A DNA stretch of 64,000 nucleotides, taken from assembly GCF_041886205.1 (NCBI RefSeq), contig NZ_CP169029.1; one strand, written 5' to 3'. This stretch comes from Escherichia coli. Lineage in GTDB: Bacteria > Pseudomonadota > Gammaproteobacteria > Enterobacterales > Enterobacteriaceae. Both the position numbers and the translations under genes were made by a program. This document shows, piece after piece, positions 43,212 to 57,077 of the stretch (its first letter is position 1; every line of letters starts with the position of its first letter). The notes beneath the pieces were generated by a model. That model did not search any database. It saw nothing but the letters and a program-made list of their open reading frames with translations, and was not told the DNA's origin.

Positions 43212-46085
43212 ATGACACAGACGTTAAGCCAGCTTGAAAACAGCGGCGCTTTTATTGAACGCCATATCGGACCGGACGCCGCGCAACAGCAAGAAATGCT
43301 GAATGCCGTTGGCGCACAATCGTTAAACGCGCTGACCGGCCAGATTGTACCGAAAGATATTCAGCTTGCGACTCCGCCGCAGGTTGGCGCACCGGCGACC
43401 GAATACGCCGCGCTGGCGGAACTCAAGGCTATTGCCAGTCGCAATAAACGCTTCACGTCTTACATCGGCATGGGTTACACCGCCGTGCAGCTACCGCCGG
43501 TTATCCTGCGTAACATGCTGGAAAATCCGGGCTGGTATACCGCGTATACTCCGTATCAACCTGAAGTCTCGCAGGGCCGCCTTGAAGCACTGCTCAACTT
43601 CCAGCAGGTAACGCTGGATTTAACCGGGCTGGATATGGCCTCTGCTTCTCTTCTGGACGAAGCCACCGCTGCCGCCGAAGCAATGGCGATGGCGAAACGC
43701 GTCAGCAAACTGAAAAATGCCAACCGCTTCTTTGTTGCTTCTGACGTTCATCCGCAAACGCTGGATGTGGTCCGTACTCGTGCCGAAACCTTTGGTTTTG
43801 AAGTGATTGTCGATGACGCGCAAAAAGTGCTCGACCACCAGGACGTCTTCGGCGTGCTGTTACAGCAGGTCGGCACTACTGGTGAAATTCACGACTACAC
43901 CACGCTTATTAGCGAACTGAAATCACGCAAAATTGTGGTCAGTGTCGCCGCCGATATTATGGCGCTGGTGCTGTTAACTGCGCCGGGTAAACAGGGCGCG
44001 GATATTGTTTTTGGTTCGGCGCAACGCTTTGGCGTACCGATGGGCTACGGTGGCCCACACGCGGCATTCTTTGCGGCGAAAGATGAATACAAACGCTCAA
44101 TGCCGGGCCGTATTATCGGTGTATCGAAAGATGCAGCTGGCAATACCGCTCTGCGCATGGCGATGCAGACTCGCGAGCAACATATCCGCCGTGAGAAAGC
44201 GAACTCCAACATTTGTACTTCCCAGGTACTGCTGGCAAACATCGCCAGCCTGTATGCCGTTTATCACGGTCCGGTTGGCCTGAAACGTATCGCTAATCGC
44301 ATTCACCGTCTGACCGATATCCTGGCGGCGGGCCTGCAACAAAAAGGTCTGAAACTGCGTCATGCACACTATTTCGACACTTTGTGTGTGGAAGTGGCCG
44401 ACAAAGCGGGCGTACTGGCGCGTGCCGAAGCGGCTGAAATCAACCTGCGTAGCGATATTCTGAACGCGGTGGGGATCACCCTTGATGAAACCACCACGCG
44501 CGAAAACGTGATGCAGCTTTTCAGCGTACTGTTGGGGGATAACCACGGTCTGGACATCGACACGCTGGACAAAGACGTGGCTCACGACAGCCGCTCTATT
44601 CAGCCTGCGATGCTGCGCGACGACGAAATCCTCACCCATCCGGTGTTTAATCGCTACCACAGCGAAACTGAAATGATGCGCTATATGCACTCGCTGGAGC
44701 GTAAAGATCTGGCGCTGAATCAGGCGATGATCCCGCTGGGTTCCTGCACCATGAAACTGAACGCCGCCGCCGAGATGATCCCCATCACCTGGCCGGAATT
44801 TGCTGAACTGCACCCGTTCTGCCCGCAGGAACAGGCCGAAGGTTATCAGCAGATGATCGCGCAGCTGGCTGACTGGCTGGTGAAACTGACCGGTTACGAC
44901 GCCGTTTGTATGCAGCCGAACTCTGGCGCACAGGGCGAATACGCGGGCCTGCTGGCGATTCGTCATTATCATGAAAGCCGCAACGAAGGGCATCGCGATA
45001 TCTGCCTGATCCCGGCTTCTGCGCACGGCACTAACCCCGCTTCTGCACATATGGCAGGAATGCAGGTGGTGGTTGTGGCGTGTGATAAAAACGGCAACAT
45101 CGATCTGGCTGATCTGCGCGCGAAAGCGGAACAGGCGGGCGATAACCTCTCCTGTATCATGGTGACCTATCCTTCCACCCACGGCGTGTATGAAGAAACG
45201 ATCCGTGAAGTGTGTGAAGTCGTGCATCAGTTCGGCGGTCAGGTTTACCTTGATGGCGCGAACATGAACGCCCAGGTTGGCATCACCTCGCCGGGCTTTA
45301 TTGGCGCGGACGTTTCGCACCTCAACCTGCATAAAACTTTCTGCATTCCGCACGGCGGTGGTGGTCCGGGTATGGGACCGATCGGTGTGAAAGCGCATCT
45401 GGCACCGTTTGTACCGGGTCATAGCGTGGTGCAAATCGAAGGCATGTTAACCCGTCAGGGCGCAGTTTCTGCGGCACCGTTCGGTAGCGCCTCTATCCTG
45501 CCAATCAGCTGGATGTACATCCGCATGATGGGCGCAGAAGGGCTGAAAAAAGCAAGCCAGGTGGCAATCCTCAACGCCAACTATATTGCCAGCCGCCTGC
45601 AGGATGCCTTCCCGGTGCTGTATACCGGTCGCGACGGTCGCGTGGCGCACGAATGTATTCTCGATATTCGCCCGCTGAAAGAAGAAACCGGCATCAGCGA
45701 GCTGGATATTGCCAAGCGCCTGATCGACTACGGTTTCCACGCGCCGACGATGTCGTTCCCGGTGGCGGGTACGCTGATGGTTGAACCGACTGAATCTGAA
45801 AGCAAAGTGGAACTGGATCGCTTTATCGACGCGATGCTGGCTATCCGCGCAGAAATTGACCAGGTGAAAGCCGGTGTCTGGCCGCTGGAAGATAACCCGC
45901 TGGTGAACGCGCCGCACATTCAGAGCGAACTGGTCGCCGAGTGGGCGCATCCGTACAGCCGTGAAGTTGCGGTATTCCCGGCAGGCGTGGCAGACAAATA
46001 CTGGCCGACGGTGAAACGTCTGGATGATGTTTACGGCGACCGTAACCTGTTCTGCTCCTGCGTACCGATTAGCGAATACCAGTAA
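43212..46085 (+). CDS. gcvP: Glycine dehydrogenase (decarboxylating), glycine cleavage P protein, 957 aa
   Basis: ORF track 43212..46085; [41 protein letters not shown]. Confidence 0.97.
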   Translation: MTQTLSQLENSGAFIERHIGPDAAQQQEMLNAVGAQSLNALTGQIVPKDIQLATPPQVGAPATEYAALAELKAIASRNKRFTSYIGMGYTAVQLPPVILRNMLENPGWYTAYTPYQPEVSQGRLEALLNFQQVTLDLTGLDMASASLLDEATAAAEAMAMAKRVSKLKNANRFFVASDVHPQTLDVVRTRAETFGFEVIVDDAQKVLDHQDVFGVLLQQVGTTGEIHDYTTLISELKSRKIVVSVAADIMALVLLTAPGKQGADIVFGSAQRFGVPMGYGGPHAAFFAAKDEYKRSMPGRIIGVSKDAAGNTALRMAMQTREQHIRREKANSNICTSQVLLANIASLYAVYHGPVGLKRIANRIHRLTDILAAGLQQKGLKLRHAHYFDTLCVEVADKAGVLARAEAAEINLRSDILNAVGITLDETTTRENVMQLFSVLLGDNHGLDIDTLDKDVAHDSRSIQPAMLRDDEILTHPVFNRYHSETEMMRYMHSLERKDLALNQAMIPLGSCTMKLNAAAEMIPITWPEFAELHPFCPQEQAEGYQQMIAQLADWLVKLTGYDAVCMQPNSGAQGEYAGLLAIRHYHESRNEGHRDICLIPASAHGTNPASAHMAGMQVVVVACDKNGNIDLADLRAKAEQAGDNLSCIMVTYPSTHGVYEETIREVCEVVHQFGGQVYLDGANMNAQVGITSPGFIGADVSHLNLHKTFCIPHGGGGPGMGPIGVKAHLAPFVPGHSVVQIEGMLTRQGAVSAAPFGSASILPISWMYIRMMGAEGLKKASQVAILNANYIASRLQDAFPVLYTGRDGRVAHECILDIRPLKEETGISELDIAKRLIDYGFHAPTMSFPVAGTLMVEPTESESKVELDRFIDAMLAIRAEIDQVKAGVWPLEDNPLVNAPHIQSELVAEWAHPYSREVAVFPAGVADKYWPTVKRLDDVYGDRNLFCSCVPISEYQ

Positions 46086-46107
46086 TTTACTGATTCGACT
46101 ATTTTCT

Positions 46108-46130
46108 AAAGGCGCTTCGGCGCCTTTTTA
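46108..46130 (+). terminator. Rho-independent terminator of gcvTHP
   Basis: aaaggcgc-ttcg-gcgcc followed by ttttta. Confidence 0.85.
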
Positions 46131-46159
46131 GTCAGATGACAAAGTACAAAAGTGCTCAG

Positions 46160-46270
46160 ACAGTCCCCTCGCCCCTTTGGGGAGAGGGTTAGGGTGAGGG
46201 GAACAGGCCGGCACTGGCGCGAATATTTACCCTCACCCCGGCCCTCTCCCTGAAAGGGCGAGGGGAAAAG
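46160..46270. repeat. GC-rich imperfect palindromic intergenic repeat (BoxC-like), downstream of gcvP
   Basis: cccctcgcccctttggggagagggttagggtgaggggaacaggccggcactggcgcgaatatttaccctcaccccggccctctccctgaaagggcgaggggaaaag; same motif family as 43104-43175. Confidence 0.45.
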
Positions 46271-46350
46271 CGTGCCAACATTGAAGATTGAGCCAGTTTG
46301 TTAGCAATCTCAAAGATACGTCAACGAATTAATTTTTCTCGGAAAAACAA

Positions 46351-47094
46351 ATGGCTATAGCACTTGTGACCGGTGGCAGTCGCGGCATCGGGCGGACAAC
46401 TGCATTACTGTTGGCGAAAGAAGAGTATACGGTGGCGGTTAATTATCAACAAAACCTCCATGCGGCGCAGGAAGTGGTGAACTTAATCACGCAAGCCGGT
46501 GGCAAGGCATTCGTGCTCCAGGCGGATATCAGCGACGAAAATCAGGTCATCGCAATGTTTACAGCAATCGATCAGCACGATGAACCGCTAGCAGCGCTGG
46601 TCAATAACGCCGGGATCTTGTTTACCCAGTGCACCGTTGAAAACCTTACCGCAGAGCGAATCAACCGAGTACTTTCCACCAACGTGACGGGATATTTTCT
46701 CTGCTGCCGCGAGGCGGTAAAACGCATGGCGCTTAAAAATGGTGGCAGTGGCGGCGCTATCGTCAATGTCTCTTCGGTGGCCTCACGGTTGGGTTCGCCA
46801 GGGGAATATGTTGATTACGCGGCATCGAAAGGGGCGATTGATACGTTAACCACCGGACTATCGCTGGAAGTCGCCGCGCAGGGGATCCGCGTTAACTGCG
46901 TGCGGCCAGGGTTTATTTATACCGAAATGCACGCCAGCGGCGGCGAGCCTGGACGCGTCGATCGCGTTAAGTCGAACATCCCCATGCAGCGTGGTGGACA
47001 GGCAGAAGAGGTCGCGCAGGCCATTGTCTGGCTACTAAGTGATAAAGCCTCTTACGTCACGGGAAGTTTTATCGATTTGGCGGGCGGGAAATAA
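46351..47094 (+). CDS. ygfF: Short-chain dehydrogenase/reductase family oxidoreductase, 247 aa
   Basis: ORF track 46351..47094; SDR motifs TGGSRGIGR (NAD(P) binding) and YxxxK (YAASK). Confidence 0.9.
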   Translation: MAIALVTGGSRGIGRTTALLLAKEEYTVAVNYQQNLHAAQEVVNLITQAGGKAFVLQADISDENQVIAMFTAIDQHDEPLAALVNNAGILFTQCTVENLTAERINRVLSTNVTGYFLCCREAVKRMALKNGGSGGAIVNVSSVASRLGSPGEYVDYAASKGAIDTLTTGLSLEVAAQGIRVNCVRPGFIYTEMHASGGEPGRVDRVKSNIPMQRGGQAEEVAQAIVWLLSDKASYVTGSFIDLAGGK

Positions 47095-47150
47095 AACAGG
47101 GAAGTTGTCTGACCGGATGCAACAAGTATTGCATCCGGTACTTCATCGAC

Positions 47151-48611
<1,461 letters not shown>

Positions 48612-48628
48612 TTACAGGAAATAGTACC

Positions 48629-48940
48629 ATGCAGCCAAACGACATCACTTTTTTTCAACGTTTCCAGGATGACATTCTGGCTGGGCGTAAAACCATCACC
48701 ATCCGCGACGAGTCTGAATCGCACTTCAAAACGGGTGATGTGCTTCGTGTCGGGCGTTTTGAAGATGACGGTTATTTTTGCACGATTGAAGTCACCGCAA
48801 CCTCAACCGTAAGGCTGGATACGCTGACTGAAAAACATGCAGAGCAGGAAAATATGACCCTGACTGAACTGAAAAAGGTCATTGCCGACATCTATCCCGG
48901 CCAGACACAGTTTTATGTGATTGAATTTAAATGCCTTTAA
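48629..48940 (+). CDS. yqfB: ASCH-domain protein YqfB, 103 aa
   Basis: ORF track 48629..48940. Confidence 0.88.
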   Translation: MQPNDITFFQRFQDDILAGRKTITIRDESESHFKTGDVLRVGRFEDDGYFCTIEVTATSTVRLDTLTEKHAEQENMTLTELKKVIADIYPGQTQFYVIEFKCL

Positions 48941-49100
48941 ATTGAACTCACGCCTGTTAGTTGAAATTTCGCATTTAATTTCATGATTTTTAGGAGATTA
49001 GTCTCAAATCAGAATTTATTTTAGCTAACAGGTGTTCACTGGAACTATTCTCAGTTACGCTGGAGAGGTATACATGTGCGTGTACGTTTCTCCGGAGTAA

Positions 49101-49763
<663 letters not shown>

Positions 49764-49770
49764 TGGGTAT

Positions 49771-49952
49771 GCCTTTGTAGGCCTGATAAGACGCGCCAGC
49801 GTCGCATCAGGCATCGGAGCGCAACCGCCGGATGCGGCGTGAACGCCTTATCCGATCTACGGGCCTCGTCCCTGTTGTGATAAAGGCATCAAATCCCAGA
49901 CATGATAAGACGCGTCAGCGTCGCATCAGGCGATAAATGCCTGATGCGATAC
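49771..49952. repeat. REP/BIME cluster (at least 3 REP units) between convergent yqfA and ygfZ
   Basis: gtaggcctgataagacgcgccagcgtcgcatcaggc, gccggatgcggcgtgaacgccttatccgatctac, and gataagacgcgtcagcgtcgcatcaggc. Confidence 0.7.
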
Positions 49953-49958
49953 AGAGAT

Positions 49959-50939
49959 TTACTCTTCGAGCGAATACGGCAGCGGCTCGATATGCAGTGT
50001 ATTCGCATCGTCGCGTACGCGGAAGATGCTGTCCGGTTCCATATCGTTATTCATGACGACCTGTACCACGACCTGACCATCTTCCAGTTTTACCGCAGCC
50101 AGCACCGTACCGGTACGACGCCAGTTCTCGCCCATTTTCAGCTCTAAGTCTTCACCAGCTTCCGGCAGTCGGCTGGCGCTACCTGCCAGCAACCAGAGCG
50201 CGCGTTTGTTGGCACCACGGAATTTTGCTCGCGCCACCATCTCTTGTCCGGTATAGCAGCCTTTTTTAAAGCTGATGCCGCCCAGCGCCTGGAGGTTGGT
50301 CGCCTGTGGGATAAACTGCCCGCTGTTGGCGGCATCAATCACCGGGAAACCCGCTTCAATGTTTAATGCCAGCCACTGTTGGCTATTGTTCAGTTCCGCT
50401 TCACCGCGCAGTTTATCGGTCAGCATATTAGCAGTAGCTTCATCGGTTACGATCAGGAAACGTTCTGCCGGGTGTTCAAACCATAGCAAAGTGGTCGCGC
50501 CTTCTTTAACTACCTGTTTTTCTTTCGAAGGCAGTTCACTAAAGAGATTTGCCAGCGCGGCGCGCGCCTGAAAACCGGCAACACCAAGCAGCACACGCTC
50601 GTCGTCTGGCGCGATGGTCACTTTAGAGAATACCGCATATTTTTTCAGTTCAGTCAGCTGCGGTTCACGTACGCTGCGCCGTTCAATCCATGCAAAGCCA
50701 TCGCCGTCGCGGAACAGACGTAAATTGCTCCACATTTTACCTTTGGCGTCGCAATGGGCGGCGAGCAGGTGCTGATCTTCTGCCATCTGGCTGACATCTG
50801 CTGTCACCTGACCCTGCATATATTTTTCGCTGTCCGCGCCAGTAATGGTGGCAAGCGCCCAGTCATCAAGCGTCATCAGCGTCAGCGGTAAACGGGCAGA
50901 AGCCGTAGGCTGACGGGGAGGAAAAGGTGTAAAAGCCAT
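49959..50939 (-). CDS. ygfZ: tRNA-modifying / folate-binding Fe-S cluster repair protein YgfZ, 326 aa
   Basis: ORF track 49959..50939 minus; [48 protein letters not shown]; conserved KGCYTGQE motif. Confidence 0.93.
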   Translation of the reverse strand: MAFTPFPPRQPTASARLPLTLMTLDDWALATITGADSEKYMQGQVTADVSQMAEDQHLLAAHCDAKGKMWSNLRLFRDGDGFAWIERRSVREPQLTELKKYAVFSKVTIAPDDERVLLGVAGFQARAALANLFSELPSKEKQVVKEGATTLLWFEHPAERFLIVTDEATANMLTDKLRGEAELNNSQQWLALNIEAGFPVIDAANSGQFIPQATNLQALGGISFKKGCYTGQEMVARAKFRGANKRALWLLAGSASRLPEAGEDLELKMGENWRRTGTVLAAVKLEDGQVVVQVVMNNDMEPDSIFRVRDDANTLHIEPLPYSLEE

Positions 50940-51169
50940 AATAGAGTCCTGAGTTGCTTAACGGCGTATTAATGACTAATGGTAAAAGAGCTATGAGGCA
51001 ATGCAAGTGCTTTCACTACGCGATCTGTGCCTTCTGCGAGGCGACTTCCAAAAAAATGAAGCCATTGAATTGTTGTGAATTAATTTCGCGATCGCGATGG
51101 TGTTTACTGATATTCCCGTAAAAGAAGGCGAAAAACACGTTACAATAGCGGGGTACTGGATTTTCGTGA

Positions 51170-51836
<667 letters not shown>

Positions 51837-51875
51837 AGATGACGGCAAAGCATATGCGCTAAGCCGTCAGTGAGA

Positions 51876-52397
51876 TCAGGCGTAATGCTCTGCCATTTCG
51901 TTGAGGATTTGCTCGCACCAGCTCTGAATACGCTCGTCGCTAAGGTCATACTGGTTAGTTTCATCCAGCGCCAGACCCACGAACAGTTGCCCGTCAGCAA
52001 TCACCGGTTTCGGGCTGGTAAATTCATATCCTTCCGTTGGCCAGTAGCCGACGAACTTCACGCCTTTGGTCGAGAGTTTGTCATGCAGCATACCGAGCGC
52101 ATCGAGGAACCACTCGCCGTATCCCAGTTGATCGCCAAGCCCATACAGCGCAACAATTTTACCTTCGAGGTTCAGGTCGTCGAGCTGATCCCAGACGGCT
52201 TCCCAGTCTTCCTGGATTTCGCCAAAATCCCAGGTCGGGATACCCAGAATGAGCACATCGTACTGCTCCATTAATTTCGGGGAGTCGTCCTTGAGGTTAT
52301 GTAAGGTCACCAGTTCTGGGCCGATAATATCGCGGATTTTTTCTGCCGCCATTTCGGTGTAACAGGTGCTGGAACCGTAAAAAAGACCCATATTCAT
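51876..52397 (-). CDS. fldB: Flavodoxin 2, 173 aa
   Basis: ORF track 51876..52397 minus; [23 protein letters not shown] flavodoxin FMN-binding N-terminus. Confidence 0.95.
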
Positions 52398-52508
52398 AAC
52401 GTAAGCTTCTCGATTCTGCTGTGGCTTTTGCGGCTAGTGTATCAGAATCGCTTTAGTCACGGCACAATAAGGCATAATGGATCAAATGAGTGACCATAAG
52501 GGGCGCAA

Positions 52509-53405
52509 GTGAAACAGGATCTGGCACGCATCGAGCAGTTTCTTGATGCTCTGTGGCTGGAAAAAAATCTGGCTGAAAATACGTTGAACGCTTACCGTCG
52601 CGATCTGTCAATGATGGTGGAGTGGTTGCATCACCGCGGGTTGACGCTGGCGACGGCGCAAAGTGACGATTTGCAGGCATTACTGGCAGAACGGCTGGAG
52701 GGCGGGTATAAAGCCACCAGCTCAGCGCGTTTGCTGAGTGCAGTGCGCCGATTGTTCCAGTATCTTTATCGCGAAAAGTTTCGTGAAGACGATCCCAGTG
52801 CGCATCTCGCTTCACCGAAATTGCCCCAGCGTTTGCCAAAAGATTTAAGCGAAGCGCAGGTCGAACGTTTATTACAGGCACCATTAATTGATCAGCCACT
52901 GGAGCTACGCGATAAAGCCATGCTTGAAGTGTTGTATGCTACCGGGCTGCGTGTCTCTGAACTGGTCGGACTGACAATGAGTGATATCAGCCTGCGTCAG
53001 GGCGTAGTGCGGGTCATTGGTAAAGGCAACAAAGAGCGCCTGGTACCGTTAGGTGAAGAGGCGGTTTACTGGCTGGAAACCTATCTGGAACATGGGCGTC
53101 CGTGGCTGCTGAATGGTGTGTCAATTGACGTGTTGTTTCCCAGCCAGCGTGCGCAGCAGATGACGCGACAGACCTTCTGGCACCGCATTAAACATTATGC
53201 TGTGCTGGCGGGTATCGACAGCGAAAAGCTGTCACCGCATGTGTTGCGTCACGCTTTTGCCACCCATTTATTAAATCATGGTGCGGATTTACGCGTGGTG
53301 CAGATGCTACTGGGCCACAGCGACCTCTCCACCACGCAAATTTATACGCATGTCGCTACCGAGCGTCTGCGGCAACTTCATCAACAGCATCACCCGCGGG
53401 CGTGA
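52509..53405 (+). CDS. xerD: Site-specific tyrosine recombinase XerD (chromosome dimer resolution), 298 aa
   Basis: ORF track 52509..53405, GTG start; catalytic R...HxxR...Y region (LRHAFATHLLNHGADLRVVQMLLGHSDLSTTQIYTHV). Confidence 0.95.
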   Translation: MKQDLARIEQFLDALWLEKNLAENTLNAYRRDLSMMVEWLHHRGLTLATAQSDDLQALLAERLEGGYKATSSARLLSAVRRLFQYLYREKFREDDPSAHLASPKLPQRLPKDLSEAQVERLLQAPLIDQPLELRDKAMLEVLYATGLRVSELVGLTMSDISLRQGVVRVIGKGNKERLVPLGEEAVYWLETYLEHGRPWLLNGVSIDVLFPSQRAQQMTRQTFWHRIKHYAVLAGIDSEKLSPHVLRHAFATHLLNHGADLRVVQMLLGHSDLSTTQIYTHVATERLRQLHQQHHPRA

Positions 53406-53429
53406 TGTCTGAAAAGAACGGGAAGATTT

Positions 53430-54140
53430 ATGAAGAAAGGTTTTATGTTGTTTACTTTGTTAGCGGCGTTTTCAGGTTTTGCTCAGGCTGATGACGCGGC
53501 AATTCAACAAACGTTAGCCAAAATGGGCATCAAAAGCAGCGATATTCAGCCCGCGCCCGTAGCTGGCATGAAGACAGTTCTGACTAACAGCGGCGTGTTG
53601 TACATCACCGATGATGGTAAACATATCATTCAGGGGCCAATGTATGACGTTAGCGGCACGGCTCCGGTCAATGTCACCAATAAGATGCTGTTAAAGCAGT
53701 TGAATGCGCTTGAAAAAGAGATGATCGTTTATAAAGCGCCGCAGGAAAAACACGTCATCACCGTGTTTACTGATATTACCTGTGGTTACTGCCACAAACT
53801 GCATGAGCAAATGGCAGACTATAACGCGCTGGGGATCACCGTGCGTTATCTTGCTTTCCCGCGCCAGGGGCTGGACAGCGATGCAGAGAAAGAAATGAAA
53901 GCTATCTGGTGTGCGAAAGATAAAAACAAAGCGTTTGATGATGTGATGGCAGGTAAAAGCGTCGCACCAGCCAGCTGCGACGTGGATATTGCCGACCATT
54001 ACGCACTTGGCGTCCAGCTTGGCGTTAGCGGTACTCCGGCAGTTGTGCTGAGCAATGGCACACTTGTTCCGGGTTACCAGCCGCCGAAAGAGATGAAAGA
54101 ATTCCTCGACGAACACCAAAAAATGACCAGCGGTAAATAA
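53430..54140 (+). CDS. dsbC: Periplasmic disulfide isomerase DsbC, 236 aa
   Basis: ORF track 53430..54140; signal peptide and thioredoxin active site CGYC. Confidence 0.96.
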   Translation: MKKGFMLFTLLAAFSGFAQADDAAIQQTLAKMGIKSSDIQPAPVAGMKTVLTNSGVLYITDDGKHIIQGPMYDVSGTAPVNVTNKMLLKQLNALEKEMIVYKAPQEKHVITVFTDITCGYCHKLHEQMADYNALGITVRYLAFPRQGLDSDAEKEMKAIWCAKDKNKAFDDVMAGKSVAPASCDVDIADHYALGVQLGVSGTPAVVLSNGTLVPGYQPPKEMKEFLDEHQKMTSGK

Positions 54141-54145
54141 TTCGC

Positions 54146-55879
54146 GTGAAACAACAGATACAACTTCGTCGCCGTGAAGTCGATGAAACGGCAGACTTGC
54201 CCGCTGAATTGCCTCCCTTGCTGCGCCGTTTATACGCCAGCCGGGGCGTGCGCAGTGCGCAAGAACTGGAACGCAGTGTTAAAGGTATGTTGCCCTGGCA
54301 GCAACTGAGCGGTGTCGAAAAGGCCGTTGAGATCCTTTACAACGCTTTTCGCGAAGGAACGCGGATTATTGTGGTCGGTGATTTCGACGCCGACGGCGCG
54401 ACCAGCACGGCTCTAAGCGTGCTGGCGATGCGCTCGCTTGGTTGCAGCAATATCGACTACCTGGTACCAAACCGTTTCGAAGACGGTTACGGCTTAAGCC
54501 CGGAAGTGGTCGATCAGGCCCATGCCCGTGGCGCGCAGTTAATTGTCACGGTGGATAACGGTATTTCCTCCCATGCGGGGGTTGAACACGCTCGCTCGTT
54601 GGGCATTCCGGTTATTGTTACCGATCACCATTTGCCAGGCGAAACATTACCCGCGGCGGAAGCGATCATTAACCCTAACTTGCGCGACTGTAATTTCCCG
54701 TCGAAATCACTGGCAGGCGTGGGTGTGGCGTTTTATCTGATGCTGGCGCTGCGCACCTTTTTGCGCGATCAGGGCTGGTTTGATGAGTGTGGCATCGCAA
54801 TTCCTAACCTGGCAGAACTGCTGGATCTGGTAGCGCTGGGGACAGTAGCGGACGTCGTGCCGCTGGACGCTAATAATCGCATTCTGACCTGGCAGGGGAT
54901 GAGTCGCATCCGTGCCGGAAAGTGCCGTCCGGGGATTAAAGCGCTGCTGGAAGTGGCAAATCGCGATGCGCAAAAACTCGCCGCCAGCGATTTAGGTTTT
55001 GCGCTGGGGCCACGTCTCAATGCTGCCGGGCGACTGGACGATATGTCCGTCGGTGTGGCGCTGTTGCTGTGCGACAACATCGGCGAAGCGCGCGTGCTGG
55101 CAAATGAACTCGATGCGCTAAACCAGACGCGAAAAGAGATCGAACAAGGAATGCAAGTTGAAGCCCTGACCCTGTGCGAGAAACTGGAGCGAAGTCGCGA
55201 CACGCTACCCGGCGGGCTGGCAATGTATCACCCCGAATGGCATCAGGGCGTTGTCGGTATTCTGGCTTCGCGCATCAAAGAGCGTTTTCACCGTCCGGTT
55301 ATCGCCTTTGCGCCAGCAGGTGATGGTACGCTGAAAGGTTCAGGTCGCTCCATTCAGGGGCTGCATATGCGTGATGCACTGGAGCGATTAGACACACTCT
55401 ACCCTGGCATGATGCTGAAGTTTGGCGGTCATGCGATGGCGGCGGGTTTGTCGCTGGAAGAGGATAAATTCGAACTCTTTCAACAACGGTTTGGCGAACT
55501 GGTTACTGAGTGGCTGGACCCTTCGCTATTGCAAGGCGAAGTGGTGTCAGACGGTCCGTTAAGCCCGGCCGAAATGACCATGGAAGTGGCGCAGCTGCTG
55601 CGCGATGCTGGCCCGTGGGGGCAGATGTTCCCGGAGCCGCTGTTTGACGGTCATTTCCGTCTGCTGCAACAGCGGCTGGTGGGCGAACGTCATTTGAAGG
55701 TGATGGTCGAACCGGTCGGCGGCGGTCCACTGCTGGATGGTATTGCTTTTAATGTCGATACCGCTCTCTGGCCGGATAACGGCGTGCGCGAAGTGCAACT
55801 GGCTTACAAGCTCGATATCAACGAGTTTCGCGGCAACCGCAGCCTGCAAATTATCATCGACAATATCTGGCCAATTTAG
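54146..55879 (+). CDS. recJ: Single-stranded-DNA-specific 5'-3' exonuclease RecJ, 577 aa
   Basis: ORF track 54146..55879, GTG start; DHH/DHHA1 motifs (VVGDFDADGATS, DHH). Confidence 0.96.
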   Translation: MKQQIQLRRREVDETADLPAELPPLLRRLYASRGVRSAQELERSVKGMLPWQQLSGVEKAVEILYNAFREGTRIIVVGDFDADGATSTALSVLAMRSLGCSNIDYLVPNRFEDGYGLSPEVVDQAHARGAQLIVTVDNGISSHAGVEHARSLGIPVIVTDHHLPGETLPAAEAIINPNLRDCNFPSKSLAGVGVAFYLMLALRTFLRDQGWFDECGIAIPNLAELLDLVALGTVADVVPLDANNRILTWQGMSRIRAGKCRPGIKALLEVANRDAQKLAASDLGFALGPRLNAAGRLDDMSVGVALLLCDNIGEARVLANELDALNQTRKEIEQGMQVEALTLCEKLERSRDTLPGGLAMYHPEWHQGVVGILASRIKERFHRPVIAFAPAGDGTLKGSGRSIQGLHMRDALERLDTLYPGMMLKFGGHAMAAGLSLEEDKFELFQQRFGELVTEWLDPSLLQGEVVSDGPLSPAEMTMEVAQLLRDAGPWGQMFPEPLFDGHFRLLQQRLVGERHLKVMVEPVGGGPLLDGIAFNVDTALWPDNGVREVQLAYKLDINEFRGNRSLQIIIDNIWPI

Positions 55880-55969
55880 CGTCATCTTCTCTATAAAAAA
55901 GAGCGTGGATTGGGTACAATCCCGCTCTTATCACCGCATTTTGACTAGCTCAATAAAAGAAATCAGACC

Positions 55970-57068
55970 ATGTTTGAAATTAATCCGGTAAATAATCGCA
56001 TTCAGGACCTCACGGAACGCTCCGACGTTCTTAGGGGGTATCTTTGACTACGACGCCAAGAAAGAGCGTCTGGAAGAAGTAAACGCCGAGCTGGAACAGC
56101 CGGATGTCTGGAACGAACCCGAACGCGCACAGGCGCTGGGTAAAGAGCGTTCCTCCCTCGAAGCCGTTGTCGACACCCTCGACCAAATGAAACAGGGGCT
56201 GGAAGATGTTTCTGGTCTGCTGGAACTGGCTGTAGAAGCTGACGACGAAGAAACCTTTAACGAAGCCGTTGCTGAACTCGACGCCCTGGAAGAAAAACTG
56301 GCGCAGCTTGAGTTCCGCCGTATGTTCTCTGGCGAATATGACAGCGCCGACTGCTACCTCGATATTCAGGCGGGGTCTGGCGGTACGGAAGCACAGGACT
56401 GGGCGAGCATGCTTGAGCGTATGTATCTGCGCTGGGCAGAATCGCGTGGTTTCAAAACTGAAATCATCGAAGAGTCGGAAGGTGAAGTGGCGGGTATTAA
56501 ATCCGTGACGATCAAAATCTCCGGCGATTACGCTTACGGCTGGCTGCGTACAGAAACTGGCGTTCACCGCCTGGTGCGTAAGAGCCCGTTTGACTCCGGC
56601 GGTTGTCGCCACACGTCGTTCAGCTCTGCGTTTGTTTATCCGGAAGTTGATGATGATATTGATATCGAAATCAACCCGGCGGATCTGCGCATTGACGTTT
56701 ATCGCGCGTCCGGCGCGGGCGGTCAGCACGTTAACCGTACCGAATCTGCGGTGCGTATTACCCACATCCCGACCGGGATCGTGACCCAGTGCCAGAACGA
56801 CCGTTCCCAGCACAAGAACAAAGATCAGGCCATGAAGCAGATGAAAGCGAAGCTTTATGAACTGGAGATGCAGAAGAAAAATGCCGAGAAACAGGCGATG
56901 GAAGATAACAAATCTGACATCGGCTGGGGCAGCCAGATTCGTTCTTATGTCCTTGATGACTCCCGCATTAAAGATCTGCGCACCGGGGTAGAAACCCGCA
57001 ACACGCAGGCCGTGCTGGACGGCAGCCTGGATCAATTTATCGAAGCAAGTTTGAAAGCAGGGTTATGA
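55970..57068 (+). CDS. prfB: Peptide chain release factor 2, 365 aa, made by programmed +1 ribosomal frameshift (frame 0: 55970-56044; frame +1: 56046-57068)
   Basis: ATG at 55970 gives [25 protein letters not shown], then in-frame UGA at 56045-56047 within the shifty motif CUU UGA C preceded by the SD-like AGGGGG; the +1 frame continues [12 protein letters not shown]... to the stop at 57068 (ORF track 56187..57068 is in this frame); SPF and GGQ motifs present. Confidence 0.95.
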
Positions 57069-57077
57069 GGAACCAAC

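Noticed and set aside
44097-45434. 445-aa ORF on the minus strand
   Set aside because: Antisense inside gcvP; no start context or recognizable domain; a shadow ORF.
52509-53405. Tyrosine recombinase as a possible integrase or mobile-element marker
   Set aside because: It is xerD in its conserved xerD-dsbC-recJ context, with no att-like repeats, tRNA or phage genes nearby; it is the housekeeping dimer-resolution recombinase.
56031-57035. 334-aa minus-strand ORF, and the similar 57063..58478 (471 aa) ORF
   Set aside because: Antisense to prfB and lysS respectively; both sense genes match known proteins end to end.
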